From Minisyncoccota bacterium (GTDB taxonomy: Bacteria > Patescibacteriota > Minisyncoccia > Phycocordibacterales > UBA2100), in contig JAYWCB010000001.1 in assembly GCA_043780835.1 (NCBI GenBank), positions 35,896-99,895 on the forward strand: DNA of 64,000 nucleotides, read 5' to 3'. This document shows positions 30,618-41,442 of this stretch, piece by piece. Positions within the stretch are counted from its first letter, which is position 1, and each line of letters begins with the position of its first letter. The translations under genes were made by a program, and so were the position numbers. The notes below the pieces were generated by a model. It saw only the letters and a list, made by a program, of their open reading frames with translations, did not search any database and was not told where the DNA came from.

Positions 30618-30896
30618 TTAAGCGGGGAGAATATCGAGGACACGGCGAACAACAGAGCGTCCGTCAAAGTTTGTCTTGCGAGCACTACGGAAATGCACCT
30701 TCCCGTCAACGAGCGCAAAGAGAGTGTGGTCACGACCGACACCGGTATTTTTGCCGGCCATGATTTTCGTACCGCGCTGACGCACGATTACTTCACCAAT
30801 CTTTACTGCCTGACCGTCACCGCGCTTAATGCCGAGATACTTCGGATTTGAATCGCGTAGATTTTTTGCTGAGCCACCTGCTTTTGTATGTGCCAT
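30618..30896 (-). CDS. rpmA: 50S ribosomal protein L27
   Basis: '[24 protein letters not shown]...GNIIVRQRGT'-type L27 sequence. Confidence 0.9.
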   Translation of the reverse strand: MAHTKAGGSAKNLRDSNPKYLGIKRGDGQAVKIGEVIVRQRGTKIMAGKNTGVGRDHTLFALVDGKVHFRSARKTNFDGRSVVRRVLDILPA

Positions 30897-30937
30897 GGTA
30901 TTTTATTTCCCCAGTCCCGACGTGCGATACTTAAGGT

Positions 30938-31339
30938 GTGGCGAGTATACGAGAAATAGCCCAAAAAATCAAGGCCCACAGCGCTTTTACGGTTTCAGCC
31001 ACGATTTCGGAGTGGGGCCTCTTTTTACTTGTTATCCTGGCCGTCACAGCAGCTTTTGGCTTAGGACGGCTCTCAGTGCTCATGGCCCCGAAAAGCCCGC
31101 TATTGGTCCAAAATACGGCCTCCGCAGCTATTGCTTCGATCGAGGAGACGGGTAGCACTCTCGGGCTTATCCAGGGAGCCTATTTGGGCTCTAGTACAGG
31201 CCATTTGTACTACTTTCCGTGGTGTGCCGCCGCCTCGAAAATCCCGCCAGAAATGAGGAGGTGGTTTATAGATGAAAAAGCTGCCGTAAAGGCAGGGTAT
31301 CAACCGGCAAGCAATTGCAAGGGGATGGGCTCACCATAG
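30938..31339 (+). CDS. Signal-anchored protein with Ada-N-terminal-like (degenerate Zn-site) domain, hypothetical
   Basis: TM helix, then 'HLYYFPWCAA...RRWFIDEKAAVKAGYQPASNC', resembling the Ada metal-binding domain pattern but with only 2 Cys. Start uncertain. Confidence 0.4.
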   Translation: MASIREIAQKIKAHSAFTVSATISEWGLFLLVILAVTAAFGLGRLSVLMAPKSPLLVQNTASAAIASIEETGSTLGLIQGAYLGSSTGHLYYFPWCAAASKIPPEMRRWFIDEKAAVKAGYQPASNCKGMGSP

Positions 31340-31366
31340 TGCCATTTTAAGGCTATACTACAGCCC

Positions 31367-31960
31367 ATGATAGTTATCGACGTTGAGGCATCAGGAACAG
31401 ATTCTAAAAAGCACTCAATTGTGAGCGTTGGCGCGCTCGATTTGGCCCATCCTGAGAATCGCTTTTATATGGAAAATCGTATATGGGATGGGGCACACAT
31501 TATGCCGGAAGCCATGAAAGTGAACGGTTTTACGGTGGAACAAATTACCGATCCCGCAAAGCCAAGCGAAGCGGATCTTACACATGCTTTTTTGGACTGG
31601 AGCAAAGATATCGACGAACGAACATTCGCGGGGCAGAACGTGTCTTTTGATCGCGATTTCATGCGTGAAGCTGCTGAGCGTGCAGGGCACACTGAATGGC
31701 CGTTTGCATTTCGCACAATCGATACTCATACGCTTTGCTACATGCACATGATTGCACACGGCAAACAACCGCCGACGCAACATCGCCGCAGCGCATTGAA
31801 CCTCGATGCCGTTTTGAATTATTGCGGCATTCCCGAAGAGCCGACACCGCACAACGCGCTCACCGGCGCACTCTCACATGCAGAAGTGATTTCGCGATTA
31901 CTATACGGCCGCAAACTCTTGCCAGAATTCATGCAGTTCGAGATTCCGTTCGCGAAGTAG
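31367..31960 (+). CDS. DnaQ-like (DEDD) 3'-5' exonuclease domain protein
   Basis: Exo I 'VIDVEASG', Exo II 'FDRDFM' and a His-containing motif III 'HNALTGALSHAE' (the terminal Asp is not obvious). Confidence 0.6.
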   Translation: MIVIDVEASGTDSKKHSIVSVGALDLAHPENRFYMENRIWDGAHIMPEAMKVNGFTVEQITDPAKPSEADLTHAFLDWSKDIDERTFAGQNVSFDRDFMREAAERAGHTEWPFAFRTIDTHTLCYMHMIAHGKQPPTQHRRSALNLDAVLNYCGIPEEPTPHNALTGALSHAEVISRLLYGRKLLPEFMQFEIPFAK

Positions 31961-31975
31961 CTCGCGGTAATACAT

Positions 31976-32755
31976 ATGCAAACCCCGAAACCAAGCGGGA
32001 ACCGTAAAAAAGATACCTCATGGGGCGGTGTTGCCGATTGGTACGAAAAACATCTGAAAGACGACGACACATTCCACGCAAAAGTAATCGCACCGAATCT
32101 GATACGAATCCTCAATCCGAAACAGGGTCTTCGCGTGCTCGATATCGGCTGCGGCGAAGGATATTTTACCCGACTCATTGATGCCTCGGGTGCATACGTA
32201 GAAGGCGCTGACATTGCCAAGGAGCTGATCGCAAAAGCAAAGGAGAAGTCGCCTGATATTATTTTTCACGTTACTGCGGCTGAGCGCATGTCCACAATTC
32301 AAAGTCAGTATTTTGATGCAATTATCTGTGTGCTTGCGCTCCAGAATATGGAACATCTCGATGCGGTCGTAAAAGAGTGTGCGAGAATTTTAAAAACACG
32401 TGGACGAGTCATCTTCGTGTTGAATCACCCCGCGTTTCGTATTCCGAAACAGACGTCATGGGGATGGGACGACAATGTAAAACTGCAGTACCGTCGCGTG
32501 GATCGCTATCTTTCACAGTCGCGCGCAGCAATTGATATGACACCCGGTAAGCATACGAAGGATTCCACATGGTCATTCCATCGCTCGCTCCAGGATTACA
32601 CAAAAGCGTTTGCCGTTGCGGGTTTTGCAATATCGCGACTCGAAGAATGGATATCACACAAAAAAAGCGAAAAAGGGCCACGCGGAGCGGCCGAAGATGT
32701 TGCCCGCAAAGAATTTCCGCTGTTCATGTGCATTGAACTTACAAAGCGGACGTAA
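31976..32755 (+). CDS. Class I SAM-dependent methyltransferase
   Basis: Motif I 'VLDIGCGEGYF' plus downstream acidic-residue motifs. Confidence 0.75.
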   Translation: MQTPKPSGNRKKDTSWGGVADWYEKHLKDDDTFHAKVIAPNLIRILNPKQGLRVLDIGCGEGYFTRLIDASGAYVEGADIAKELIAKAKEKSPDIIFHVTAAERMSTIQSQYFDAIICVLALQNMEHLDAVVKECARILKTRGRVIFVLNHPAFRIPKQTSWGWDDNVKLQYRRVDRYLSQSRAAIDMTPGKHTKDSTWSFHRSLQDYTKAFAVAGFAISRLEEWISHKKSEKGPRGAAEDVARKEFPLFMCIELTKRT

Positions 32756-32767
32756 TTAAATATTCGT

Positions 32768-33268
32768 ATGAAATTTGTCCGTCGACTTGGAATGTACATA
32801 TCAGTTTTCATTATCAACACTGCTCACGTGGCACGCTATACAATCGGTCAACTGCGCGGCGATACAGACTCACACGGAGTACGCATTCTATTAATAGACG
32901 AACGACGTGTGCTGCTCGTAAGTCATTGGTATGCGCCGTGGGCGTGGACTTTGCCCGGCGGCGGCGTGAATAAAGGTGAAACCCCCGAAGAAGCAGCAAT
33001 GCGCGAAGCCTTTGAAGAAACAGGATTGAAAGTGAACTCGATCGCCGGAGAAATCGGTACCTATACCGGCACCATGGGAAAAACCGATCGGGTCACGTTC
33101 TTCTATACAGGAGACTTCACTGGCGATATCGCAATGCGACCGAATTTCGAGATTATGGCGCGCTCCTGGTTTGATCTCGACTCTTTACCAGACGACCTCT
33201 CACCCGGCAATTTGCGCCGCATCGAGGCCTACCGCGACGGTATCCGCAACGAAACTGGCAAGTGGTAA
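32768..33268 (+). CDS. Nudix hydrolase
   Basis: Nudix box 'GGGVNKGETPEEAAMREAFEETGL'. Confidence 0.8.
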   Translation: MKFVRRLGMYISVFIINTAHVARYTIGQLRGDTDSHGVRILLIDERRVLLVSHWYAPWAWTLPGGGVNKGETPEEAAMREAFEETGLKVNSIAGEIGTYTGTMGKTDRVTFFYTGDFTGDIAMRPNFEIMARSWFDLDSLPDDLSPGNLRRIEAYRDGIRNETGKW

Positions 33269-33287
33269 TTTTTACCATATATAAAAA

Positions 33288-33314
33288 GGGGAGTGGTTCC
33301 CCGATTATTTCTTC
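33288..33314 (+). terminator. Putative terminator after the Nudix gene
   Basis: GGGGA-GTGGT-TCCCC followed by GATTATTTCTTC. Confidence 0.45.
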
Positions 33315-33779
33315 AAAAACTGAATACATATTTGGTTTTAGAGTTTGAAATAATTTTTGAATACATCTGCGCACCTCCGCAAGAGAGGGAAATATTAATC
33401 GCTACTATTTTTGAATTCCGGATTCCGGGGCTTCGCAGTAGCGAGGGGAGAAATATACTATACGTCGCACAATATATCTTTTGCGACACTTACGCATAGA
33501 GCAGATGAACATAGTACGCCATGTGGCCACATTCGAATTCGTCTACTTATGAATCGTAATCCTTCGAATTCGCCGCGTTTGTATTGCTACTTGCCCTTAT
33601 GTTTCGAATCTCAAACCCCTATCCATATATTCGATTTTCAGCAGTATTCGATTTGTTGATGAATGATCCTCTCCCCTGTTTTTTCCATTTTTCGCGGGGG
33701 AGTCGCGTCTTCGAAAAATCGCGTATATAGTTCCGTCGGAGGAAAATTTGACCTCGTAAAACGCTCTAGGAGTAATTCG

Positions 33780-34214
33780 ATGCGTCGATACCTGTGCCTG
33801 ATAGCTGCCTTGCAGTTTATTTTGGCGGGTTCCGCGCACGCGGAGCTGGCCAAGCCTACGTGCGAAGAATATTTCAACGCCTACTTTGCTATCGTTCGGA
33901 AACCTGTTTCGCTCGAAGACGACAGTATTGTCCGCATCGCAAAAGCACTGGCAGATAATCACATTCTTGTGAATCAAGAGCGTACTGAATATGCAACGAC
34001 GGAATTCCTCTTACGCGAACTTGCGACACTGAGTGTTGAAGATGTGCTTTTGTGGATCGGACGACAGCACGTGCATTTGGAATCGCGTATACGGGTCAAT
34101 AGATGTATTTTTGAACCACCGTTCACGCCGGTCAATGTGCAGCTTATGATTCCGAAGGGCTTTGAGTTCAAGTGCAAATTACGCGCGCCGACGCAGAAAA
34201 AGTTACCCAACTAA
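33780..34214 (+). CDS. Small secreted hypothetical protein
   Basis: ATG 33780 has an AGGAG RBS and gives signal peptide 'MRRYLCLIAALQFILAGSAHA'. The ORF call extends to 33663, but the upstream part looks non-coding. Confidence 0.5.
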   Translation: MRRYLCLIAALQFILAGSAHAELAKPTCEEYFNAYFAIVRKPVSLEDDSIVRIAKALADNHILVNQERTEYATTEFLLRELATLSVEDVLLWIGRQHVHLESRIRVNRCIFEPPFTPVNVQLMIPKGFEFKCKLRAPTQKKLPN

Positions 34215-34244
34215 ATATCTCGTTCTTCCTAGATCCTCTCAGAA

Positions 34245-34280
34245 CCTCGGCAACTCGTGATGCCGAGGTTCTTCATTATT
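34245..34280 (+). terminator. Rho-independent terminator
   Basis: CCTCGGCA-ACTCGTGA-TGCCGAGG followed by TTCTTCATTATT. Confidence 0.6.
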
Positions 34281-34427
34281 ACCTCATCGAGTGTCTTGAC
34301 GCAGCGTCAACGCTTGACCCTTCCCTACGGTCGGGTATAGGCTTAGCAAAGCGTGGCAGTAAGGAGTCAGTGTAGTATCCGTGTCTCACGCAGGGCAGGA
34401 ATCTAGAACGCACAAAGGAGCGACACA

Positions 34428-34607
34428 ATGGGACTTCATCATCGAGATCTGACACACGACCAATTCACTGGAGCACATCTCAAGAATTTGCCCGTGGGAT
34501 CAGGAAATCCGGGAGCCGCTGCTCCGATCGTAAGTGCACGAACCGCAATGGTCATTGCATCATTGGCACTGCTGGTCATCGCGGTAGCAAACGGCATCGG
34601 TCACTAA
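34428..34607 (+). CDS. Small (59 aa) C-terminally membrane-anchored peptide, hypothetical
   Basis: Strong RBS AAAGGAG 7 nt upstream of the ATG. The C-terminus 'TAMVIASLALLVIAVANGIGH' is hydrophobic. A terminator follows immediately. Not in the supplied ORF track (under 60 aa). Confidence 0.4.
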   Translation: MGLHHRDLTHDQFTGAHLKNLPVGSGNPGAAAPIVSARTAMVIASLALLVIAVANGIGH

Positions 34608-34631
34608 ATTCTGCACATTTTGTACAACGTA

Positions 34632-34665
34632 AGCGGGCGACTCATACAGTCGCCCGCTTTCATTT
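34632..34665 (+). terminator. Rho-independent terminator after the small ORF, convergent with the 34686..35276 minus-strand gene
   Basis: AGCGGGCGACT-CATAC-AGTCGCCCGCT followed by TTCATTT. Confidence 0.8.
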
Positions 34666-34685
34666 AGTATTTATATGAATTGTGT

Positions 34686-35276
34686 CTATTCGCCTCGACT
34701 GCCGATATCGGTGACTTGTGAAAGCCATCGAGCTTTTACGTCGTCAGGTAAATTTTCAGCAGGTCCGTACCATTTTGTGCGCACAGAAAAACCGGCAAAC
34801 CATAGTATTCCCCATCGCAACTGCGCATTCACGTTGCCGGGTAAAAATCGAACAAGTAGAGGCTGTGTTCCACTTGTCATAAAAATGCGGGCTGTTTTTC
34901 CACGAAATAATCTGTGCCAAAAAATAGTTCGTTTTCCTGCTTTCGTTTTTATATATCGAAACGCTGAGCCCGGTAACCACGCGCGATCAAACAAGCCCTT
35001 TAATATCGCTGGCATGCCAGTCCACCACACAGGATAAATAATCACAAAATGATCTGAGGTCGTAACGAGTTCTTGAAATCGCTTGAGGTCCGGTTCCAAC
35101 TCCTGCATGGCGCGGTAGCCTCTATGCAAGATAGGATCAAATTGCAATTCGCCGATGTTCAGTCGATTTACAATGTGGCCCGCAGCTTTTGCCGCGACCT
35201 CGTAGGTATCGGCAATCGATCCGCACAAACCTGTTTTATCGGGATGCCCGAGTAATAAAAGAATTTTCTTCTGCAT
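34686..35276 (-). CDS. Flavodoxin-like fold NAD(P)H dehydrogenase (quinone)/FMN reductase family
   Basis: 'KILLLLGHPDKTG...SIADTY' N-terminus typical of NQO1/MdaB/KefF-like enzymes. Confidence 0.7.
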   Translation of the reverse strand: MQKKILLLLGHPDKTGLCGSIADTYEVAAKAAGHIVNRLNIGELQFDPILHRGYRAMQELEPDLKRFQELVTTSDHFVIIYPVWWTGMPAILKGLFDRAWLPGSAFRYIKTKAGKRTIFWHRLFRGKTARIFMTSGTQPLLVRFLPGNVNAQLRWGILWFAGFSVRTKWYGPAENLPDDVKARWLSQVTDIGSRGE

Positions 35277-35526
35277 GCAAAAAGGTCCGCCCGCGTATTG
35301 TACCCTACTTGCCCGAATCGTCTTCCGGCGCAGCTGGATTACCTAAGCCATCTTCAATGATTCCATCTTGATCCTGGTCAACTGCCTCAAGGCCATTGAG
35401 CTCGGCTTCTATTCCTCTATCTTCTTGATTCGGTAAAACCATATTTCATGCATTATGCGGCATTTCCACGCATACTCAAGTAGATACCACGATCTCGCTG
35501 AGGGTAGCGTGAATTATTTTTTATTT

Positions 35527-35847
35527 TTAATGTGCGGCCGACTTCTGTGCCACAAAAAGAAGCGCACCCTGATCGTCCTTCGGCGACGTCTTATTGCGAC
35601 GTCGCAAACCGCATATCTGACATACGTGAACAATGTCATACGCAGGCGATGAGCCCTCGAGCGCGCAAGGTTCCATCAAACCCTTGCAGCCCTGCGCTCT
35701 ATCGCCCGGTTGTATGTCAACGTGTTTGCTCCATAAACAATGCGGACAATGATTCGTGTAACCACTCCCGATCACTTCCATATTGCAATTCTCGCACACG
35801 AAATTCTCGACTGTTCGCTTGAACATGCAACTACTGTACCGCAACAT
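35527..35847 (-). CDS. Cys/His-rich zinc-finger-like protein, resembles the RNHCP-domain family
   Basis: 'CENC...YTNHCPHC...CQIC' arrangement. Family assignment is from memory of the motif only. Confidence 0.45.
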   Translation of the reverse strand: MLRYSSCMFKRTVENFVCENCNMEVIGSGYTNHCPHCLWSKHVDIQPGDRAQGCKGLMEPCALEGSSPAYDIVHVCQICGLRRRNKTSPKDDQGALLFVAQKSAAH

Positions 35848-37765
35848 TCGTCGCCTGCGTAACAGCGGTACCGTTGAGCGTTGTGCAAGAAATGGTAAAC
35901 CTCATAATACCTTTTTCTGGTGCGGTAATGATTTTAGATCCCTCATTCGAGACTGCGACAGTCGTCGTTCCTACTGGCGCTACGAGCTGTGTGCGACATG
36001 GTACATCATTGCGCATACCGACACTCGACCAGGAAATTACAATCGAATTCCCTACGAATGCCTGTTGTGGCTGTGCAATAATCGAAACGACAGCCTGCTG
36101 TTGTTGACTCTGGTACGGAATTTGTCGTACCGTTACATTCTGAGATTGAGTCTGTGGCTTGTTGGATACCCCCGAAATGATTCCAGAAAGAAACGATGAA
36201 AGTGAATTGGTACCGGTAGTACCACTTCCCTGTCGCATCGACCCGGTAGAATCGTCGAAATTAAATAGATTGGCTGCACCAAACGCACTTCCTTCATTCA
36301 TATTCGTTCCCCCTGTCGGGTAACTAACACCAGTTGGGTAATTGCCCCCCGTGATCCCTGAAAAAGGAGAAGAAGAGCCGCCCGAAGCGTATCTCCCGCC
36401 ACTGAGGATTTGTCCGCTTTCGTAGTACTGCGTAAATCGCTCGCCATATCGTGTGACACTCGTGCCGAGCATGTCTGTGCGATATTGATTGGCGAGGCCG
36501 CCTGGACCACCAAACCACACTTTCGCAGCGTTTTCGTAGCCTCCATATTTGTCGGCGTACATTTGAAACCGATGCTCAAACACCCGCTCCTGTGCTTGAG
36601 GATCAGCGCGAAATTGCTCGGGGCTCATGCGGACACCGAGCGCCTGCTCAGTCCACGGTCCAACGTTGTTTCCCATCACCTGATATTTGCCATATGCACG
36701 ATCACCGTTTCTAGTTACAGGACCAAGCATGTCGTAGCGACCACCGCTACTCTCAATATTGGCGATGGCCTGCTTGGCTTTTTCCATAGGAGTTTTTTCC
36801 GCAAAGGTGCTCGTATCGTTTTGTAGAATCTGGCTTTGTCGCTCTTGCTGCTGTGCGTCTGCTATTTGTTTCGCTTCCTCTGCTGTCATACGCTTTTGCG
36901 GTTCAATGTTTGCGATATTTTTAATGACATCGTCGTTTAGATTCAGTTGTCTTGCAATTGCCTGAGCACCCGCCGTGTCATTTGTTATGGACTTTTCGAT
37001 CATTGCCTTGATCTTTTCAGAGTCGGTTTCAACCAACGACTTTGCTTGGCCGGCAGGTACACCGTATGTATCTCTCAAGACTTGCTCCAAGGTTTGAGAA
37101 TCGGTTGGTACCGCAGGAGGTTTCGCAACATTTTCATCCGGAATCGTAATTGATGCGGGCTTTGGAATTTCTGCAGGGGCATTGTCCGGCCGTGGATCAC
37201 TTGCGGCCTTGAGATCATTCAAGGCTGCTTGCATTTGTGATTGTCCGGCGGCGGGATTTGTCTGCACCTGTTTCAAGCCATCGAGAAACTTACCCATAGA
37301 GGCGTATAATGCGTTTTCATCGCAACGAGACTTGGTAATCGTCTGGTCGATGATTTGAAATCCTATAACTTTTGAATACACGTCTTTTGTAGACAAGGAT
37401 GCAGTCGGCTCTGTTTCTCCTTTCAAACACCCTCGTCTGGTACCCTGCGCGGGATCGTTTGGTAATTTATCTCTGTATTTGCACGCATCATTTGCCAAAA
37501 CTTCTACGGTAATACCGCTATACCCGAGCGTGAGTGATGCCCTCAGGTTGTAGCATGCATTCGGACAATACATTGCAGTGTTCAAAAATTTCTCCGCATC
37601 ACTTTCCACTGTGTCTTTCGTGAGCTCCATGTGAGACCTCGGCGGCGCCTCAGACGATCCTCCGGCAGGGCATTTTTTCACTGAGAGAGGCGGACGCACA
37701 AGTGCTTCCGCATACAACGGAGACAGCAGTACAAGAAATCCTATAAAAAAAGCACCGACGCGCAT
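35831..37765 (-). CDS. Large secreted protein with central lytic-transglycosylase (SLT/GH23-like) domain and G/S/T/Q-rich low-complexity C-terminal region
   Basis: Signal peptide 'MRVGAFFIGFLVLLSPLYAEA'. Contains 'IANIESSGGRYDMLGPV...AYGKYQVMG' (catalytic E-S ... GxxQxM pattern), poly-Q linkers, a Gly/Ser/Thr-rich segment, and a terminal Cys-pair beta-rich domain. Confidence 0.55.
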   Translation of the reverse strand: MRVGAFFIGFLVLLSPLYAEALVRPPLSVKKCPAGGSSEAPPRSHMELTKDTVESDAEKFLNTAMYCPNACYNLRASLTLGYSGITVEVLANDACKYRDKLPNDPAQGTRRGCLKGETEPTASLSTKDVYSKVIGFQIIDQTITKSRCDENALYASMGKFLDGLKQVQTNPAAGQSQMQAALNDLKAASDPRPDNAPAEIPKPASITIPDENVAKPPAVPTDSQTLEQVLRDTYGVPAGQAKSLVETDSEKIKAMIEKSITNDTAGAQAIARQLNLNDDVIKNIANIEPQKRMTAEEAKQIADAQQQERQSQILQNDTSTFAEKTPMEKAKQAIANIESSGGRYDMLGPVTRNGDRAYGKYQVMGNNVGPWTEQALGVRMSPEQFRADPQAQERVFEHRFQMYADKYGGYENAAKVWFGGPGGLANQYRTDMLGTSVTRYGERFTQYYESGQILSGGRYASGGSSSPFSGITGGNYPTGVSYPTGGTNMNEGSAFGAANLFNFDDSTGSMRQGSGTTGTNSLSSFLSGIISGVSNKPQTQSQNVTVRQIPYQSQQQQAVVSIIAQPQQAFVGNSIVISWSSVGMRNDVPCRTQLVAPVGTTTVAVSNEGSKIITAPEKGIMRFTISCTTLNGTAVTQATNVAVQ

Positions 37766-37818
37766 TGAAATGATTGTACCGTCGCGGCTCGCACAGCGTT
37801 TCCATACATGTGGAGAAG

Positions 37819-39204
37819 CTACCGTCGTGCGAACGATCTCAGCATGTTACTGATGAGCGATTGAAACGATGAAAGAATCGTCGCAAAGGCAGACGCTGTC
37901 GCAGGACTCATCGTATTCGTCGGCTCTAATGACGAAGGCGCACCAAACGTGCTGACAGGTCTCGTTGCCTGTACGGATACATCGAGTGAATCCGGTCGTG
38001 GCTGTTGTGACGATACCGACGATGGTCCTCGCACGGTTCCGGTTGGACGGCTGTCATCTAATTGCGACTCACTCATGAGAGAAACATTACTGTTGTCATA
38101 GACCGGTGTAAGCACGGGGTTTTGTCCTCTTGGAAACATATGCATAGAGCTTGGAGTTGTTCCTGCTGACCGAGAGTTCTGAGAGTCGGATGTGCTCGGG
38201 ACAGTGAACAGATCGAGTAATGCTTGAGTTGCATGTTGGACGATTCGTATGCCAGACGTTGCACTCGACTGTTGAAAAAGTGAATTTAACATGGGATTTT
38301 GACTATTTCTCGCTTGGTCAGCTGTATTTTGCGGAACAGGAGTGGTGTATGCTTGTTGCGAATACGGCCCTGTATCGCTGCCTGAGCTCGTGACTGTACC
38401 GCCCGAAACAGCTGATCCTAATCCGGAAGAGCCACTGTTTAATGCTCCCGAAGAGACTCCAGTCGGTGCTGATTGTGCCTGATACGGAGAAGTCTGATAT
38501 GACTGCTGTTGCTGCGGTGTATAGGAAGACGGAGGTGGTAGTTGATTTTGAGGAGCAGAAGTTGCGGGAGGTATATATGCCGCTGCAACCGGCGTTCCCT
38601 CTTCCTTTACTTGTCCGCCGCACGGCGCCGTCGAAGATTGTCCGCTCTGTATCGACTGCGGAATGCCCGCGATTTGTGTCCAGTCTTTTGGCGCCCTGTT
38701 CGGATTTTTTGTTATGTATTTCATGGCATAATCCGCGGAATATCCATTGAAATTACCGACCGCAATATCCATTTTGTCGGTGCGAGCTCGTCCATCGCAG
38801 TATTGCGGAAGTCGCGCGCACGAGCATGTGCCATTGAACGCACAACCGGTATCGTGAATATAACCGACCACGTTTTCGATAGTATGTGTTTTGCCGTCAC
38901 CGCCATTTCCGGGCGGCGATGTGTAGGTAACAGTTCCGATACAGAAATAGCGCCCTTTCATAACACTCGCCGACGCGAGTGTTACATATTTTGATTTTCC
39001 CGTTCGCACATCGTCGAGTGTATGAATACCATTCGAGGAACCTTCAGCGTCTTTTTGCGACGCGGTCATCGGTCCTTGCATCCATCCGGCTGCACCGGGC
39101 CCATAAAACGTCCAATTGATTGAATTCGCTGCCTCAGCTCGTGAATATGCGAAAAAAATCAGAACAATACTGAAGTAAAAAACTTTTCGCTGCATTCCAC
39201 ACAT
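37819..39204 (-). CDS. Secreted 3D-domain (MltA/YuiC-like) protein with long Q/S/T/P-rich disordered tail
   Basis: Signal peptide. Has 'YVTLASASVMKGRYFCIGTV...VVGYIHDTGCAFNG...TDKMDIAV' (three conserved Asp). About 300 aa are low complexity. Confidence 0.55.
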   Translation of the reverse strand: MCGMQRKVFYFSIVLIFFAYSRAEAANSINWTFYGPGAAGWMQGPMTASQKDAEGSSNGIHTLDDVRTGKSKYVTLASASVMKGRYFCIGTVTYTSPPGNGGDGKTHTIENVVGYIHDTGCAFNGTCSCARLPQYCDGRARTDKMDIAVGNFNGYSADYAMKYITKNPNRAPKDWTQIAGIPQSIQSGQSSTAPCGGQVKEEGTPVAAAYIPPATSAPQNQLPPPSSYTPQQQQSYQTSPYQAQSAPTGVSSGALNSGSSGLGSAVSGGTVTSSGSDTGPYSQQAYTTPVPQNTADQARNSQNPMLNSLFQQSSATSGIRIVQHATQALLDLFTVPSTSDSQNSRSAGTTPSSMHMFPRGQNPVLTPVYDNSNVSLMSESQLDDSRPTGTVRGPSSVSSQQPRPDSLDVSVQATRPVSTFGAPSSLEPTNTMSPATASAFATILSSFQSLISNMLRSFARR

Positions 39205-39249
39205 TGTAGCCCCACAATCTCGAACTACCGCGTATATCTGTGGAGAAAT

Positions 39250-39537
39250 TTAGAGTAAAACCACGACACGATTCATCGAACACTCGAGTACCCCGCTTTC
39301 GATATCAAATTTCTCAACTGTTTCCTCTTGATTTCTTACTGCAATTGAGCCTTTGTTGAGGGTTGTGACAATCGGTTCGTGATGTGGAAGGATCGTCATT
39401 TCTCCCGCAGTGCCCGGAACAACAACTGACTGCGCACGACCATCAAACAGTGTCTGGCCCACCGATGCGATGACGAGATGGAAGGTGTTCTCCGCCATAC
39501 CTGTCACACGAAACGGCATCGTCTCTGCATGCCGCAT
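39250..39537 (-). CDS. atpC: F-type ATP synthase epsilon subunit, beta-sandwich domain only
   Basis: 'FHLVIASVGQTLFDGRAQSVVVPGTAGEMTILPHHEPIVTTL' matches the epsilon N-domain. The ORF ends without the C-terminal two-helix domain. Confidence 0.8.
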   Translation of the reverse strand: MRHAETMPFRVTGMAENTFHLVIASVGQTLFDGRAQSVVVPGTAGEMTILPHHEPIVTTLNKGSIAVRNQEETVEKFDIESGVLECSMNRVVVLL

Positions 39538-39637
39538 GAAATTGATAATGTTGAAATTATGTTTCCAAATTTGATCTGCATATGTGTAGAAGTTCGACGC
39601 ATGCTATGCCGTTTCGTGTGAGCAGGCATACTTTTAT

Positions 39638-41438
<1,801 letters not shown>

Positions 41439-41442
<4 letters not shown>

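Noticed and set aside
33269-33779. Possible RNase P / SRP / tmRNA in the long non-coding region
   Set aside because: I looked for the conserved RNase P (GGAAAGTCCGG, AGGGTGAAA), SRP (GGAAGCAGCCAAGG) and tmRNA tag-reading-frame signatures and did not find them. A small RNA is still possible, but I cannot support a specific call.
35305-35442. 45-aa highly acidic peptide ORF (MVLPNQEDRGIEAELNGLEAVDQDQDGIIEDGLGNPAAPEDDSGK) between the RNHCP-like and flavodoxin-like genes
   Set aside because: It lies in an intergenic region on the same strand as its neighbours, but has no RBS I can see, no homology, and acidic runs arise easily in A/G-rich sequence. Kept only as a note.
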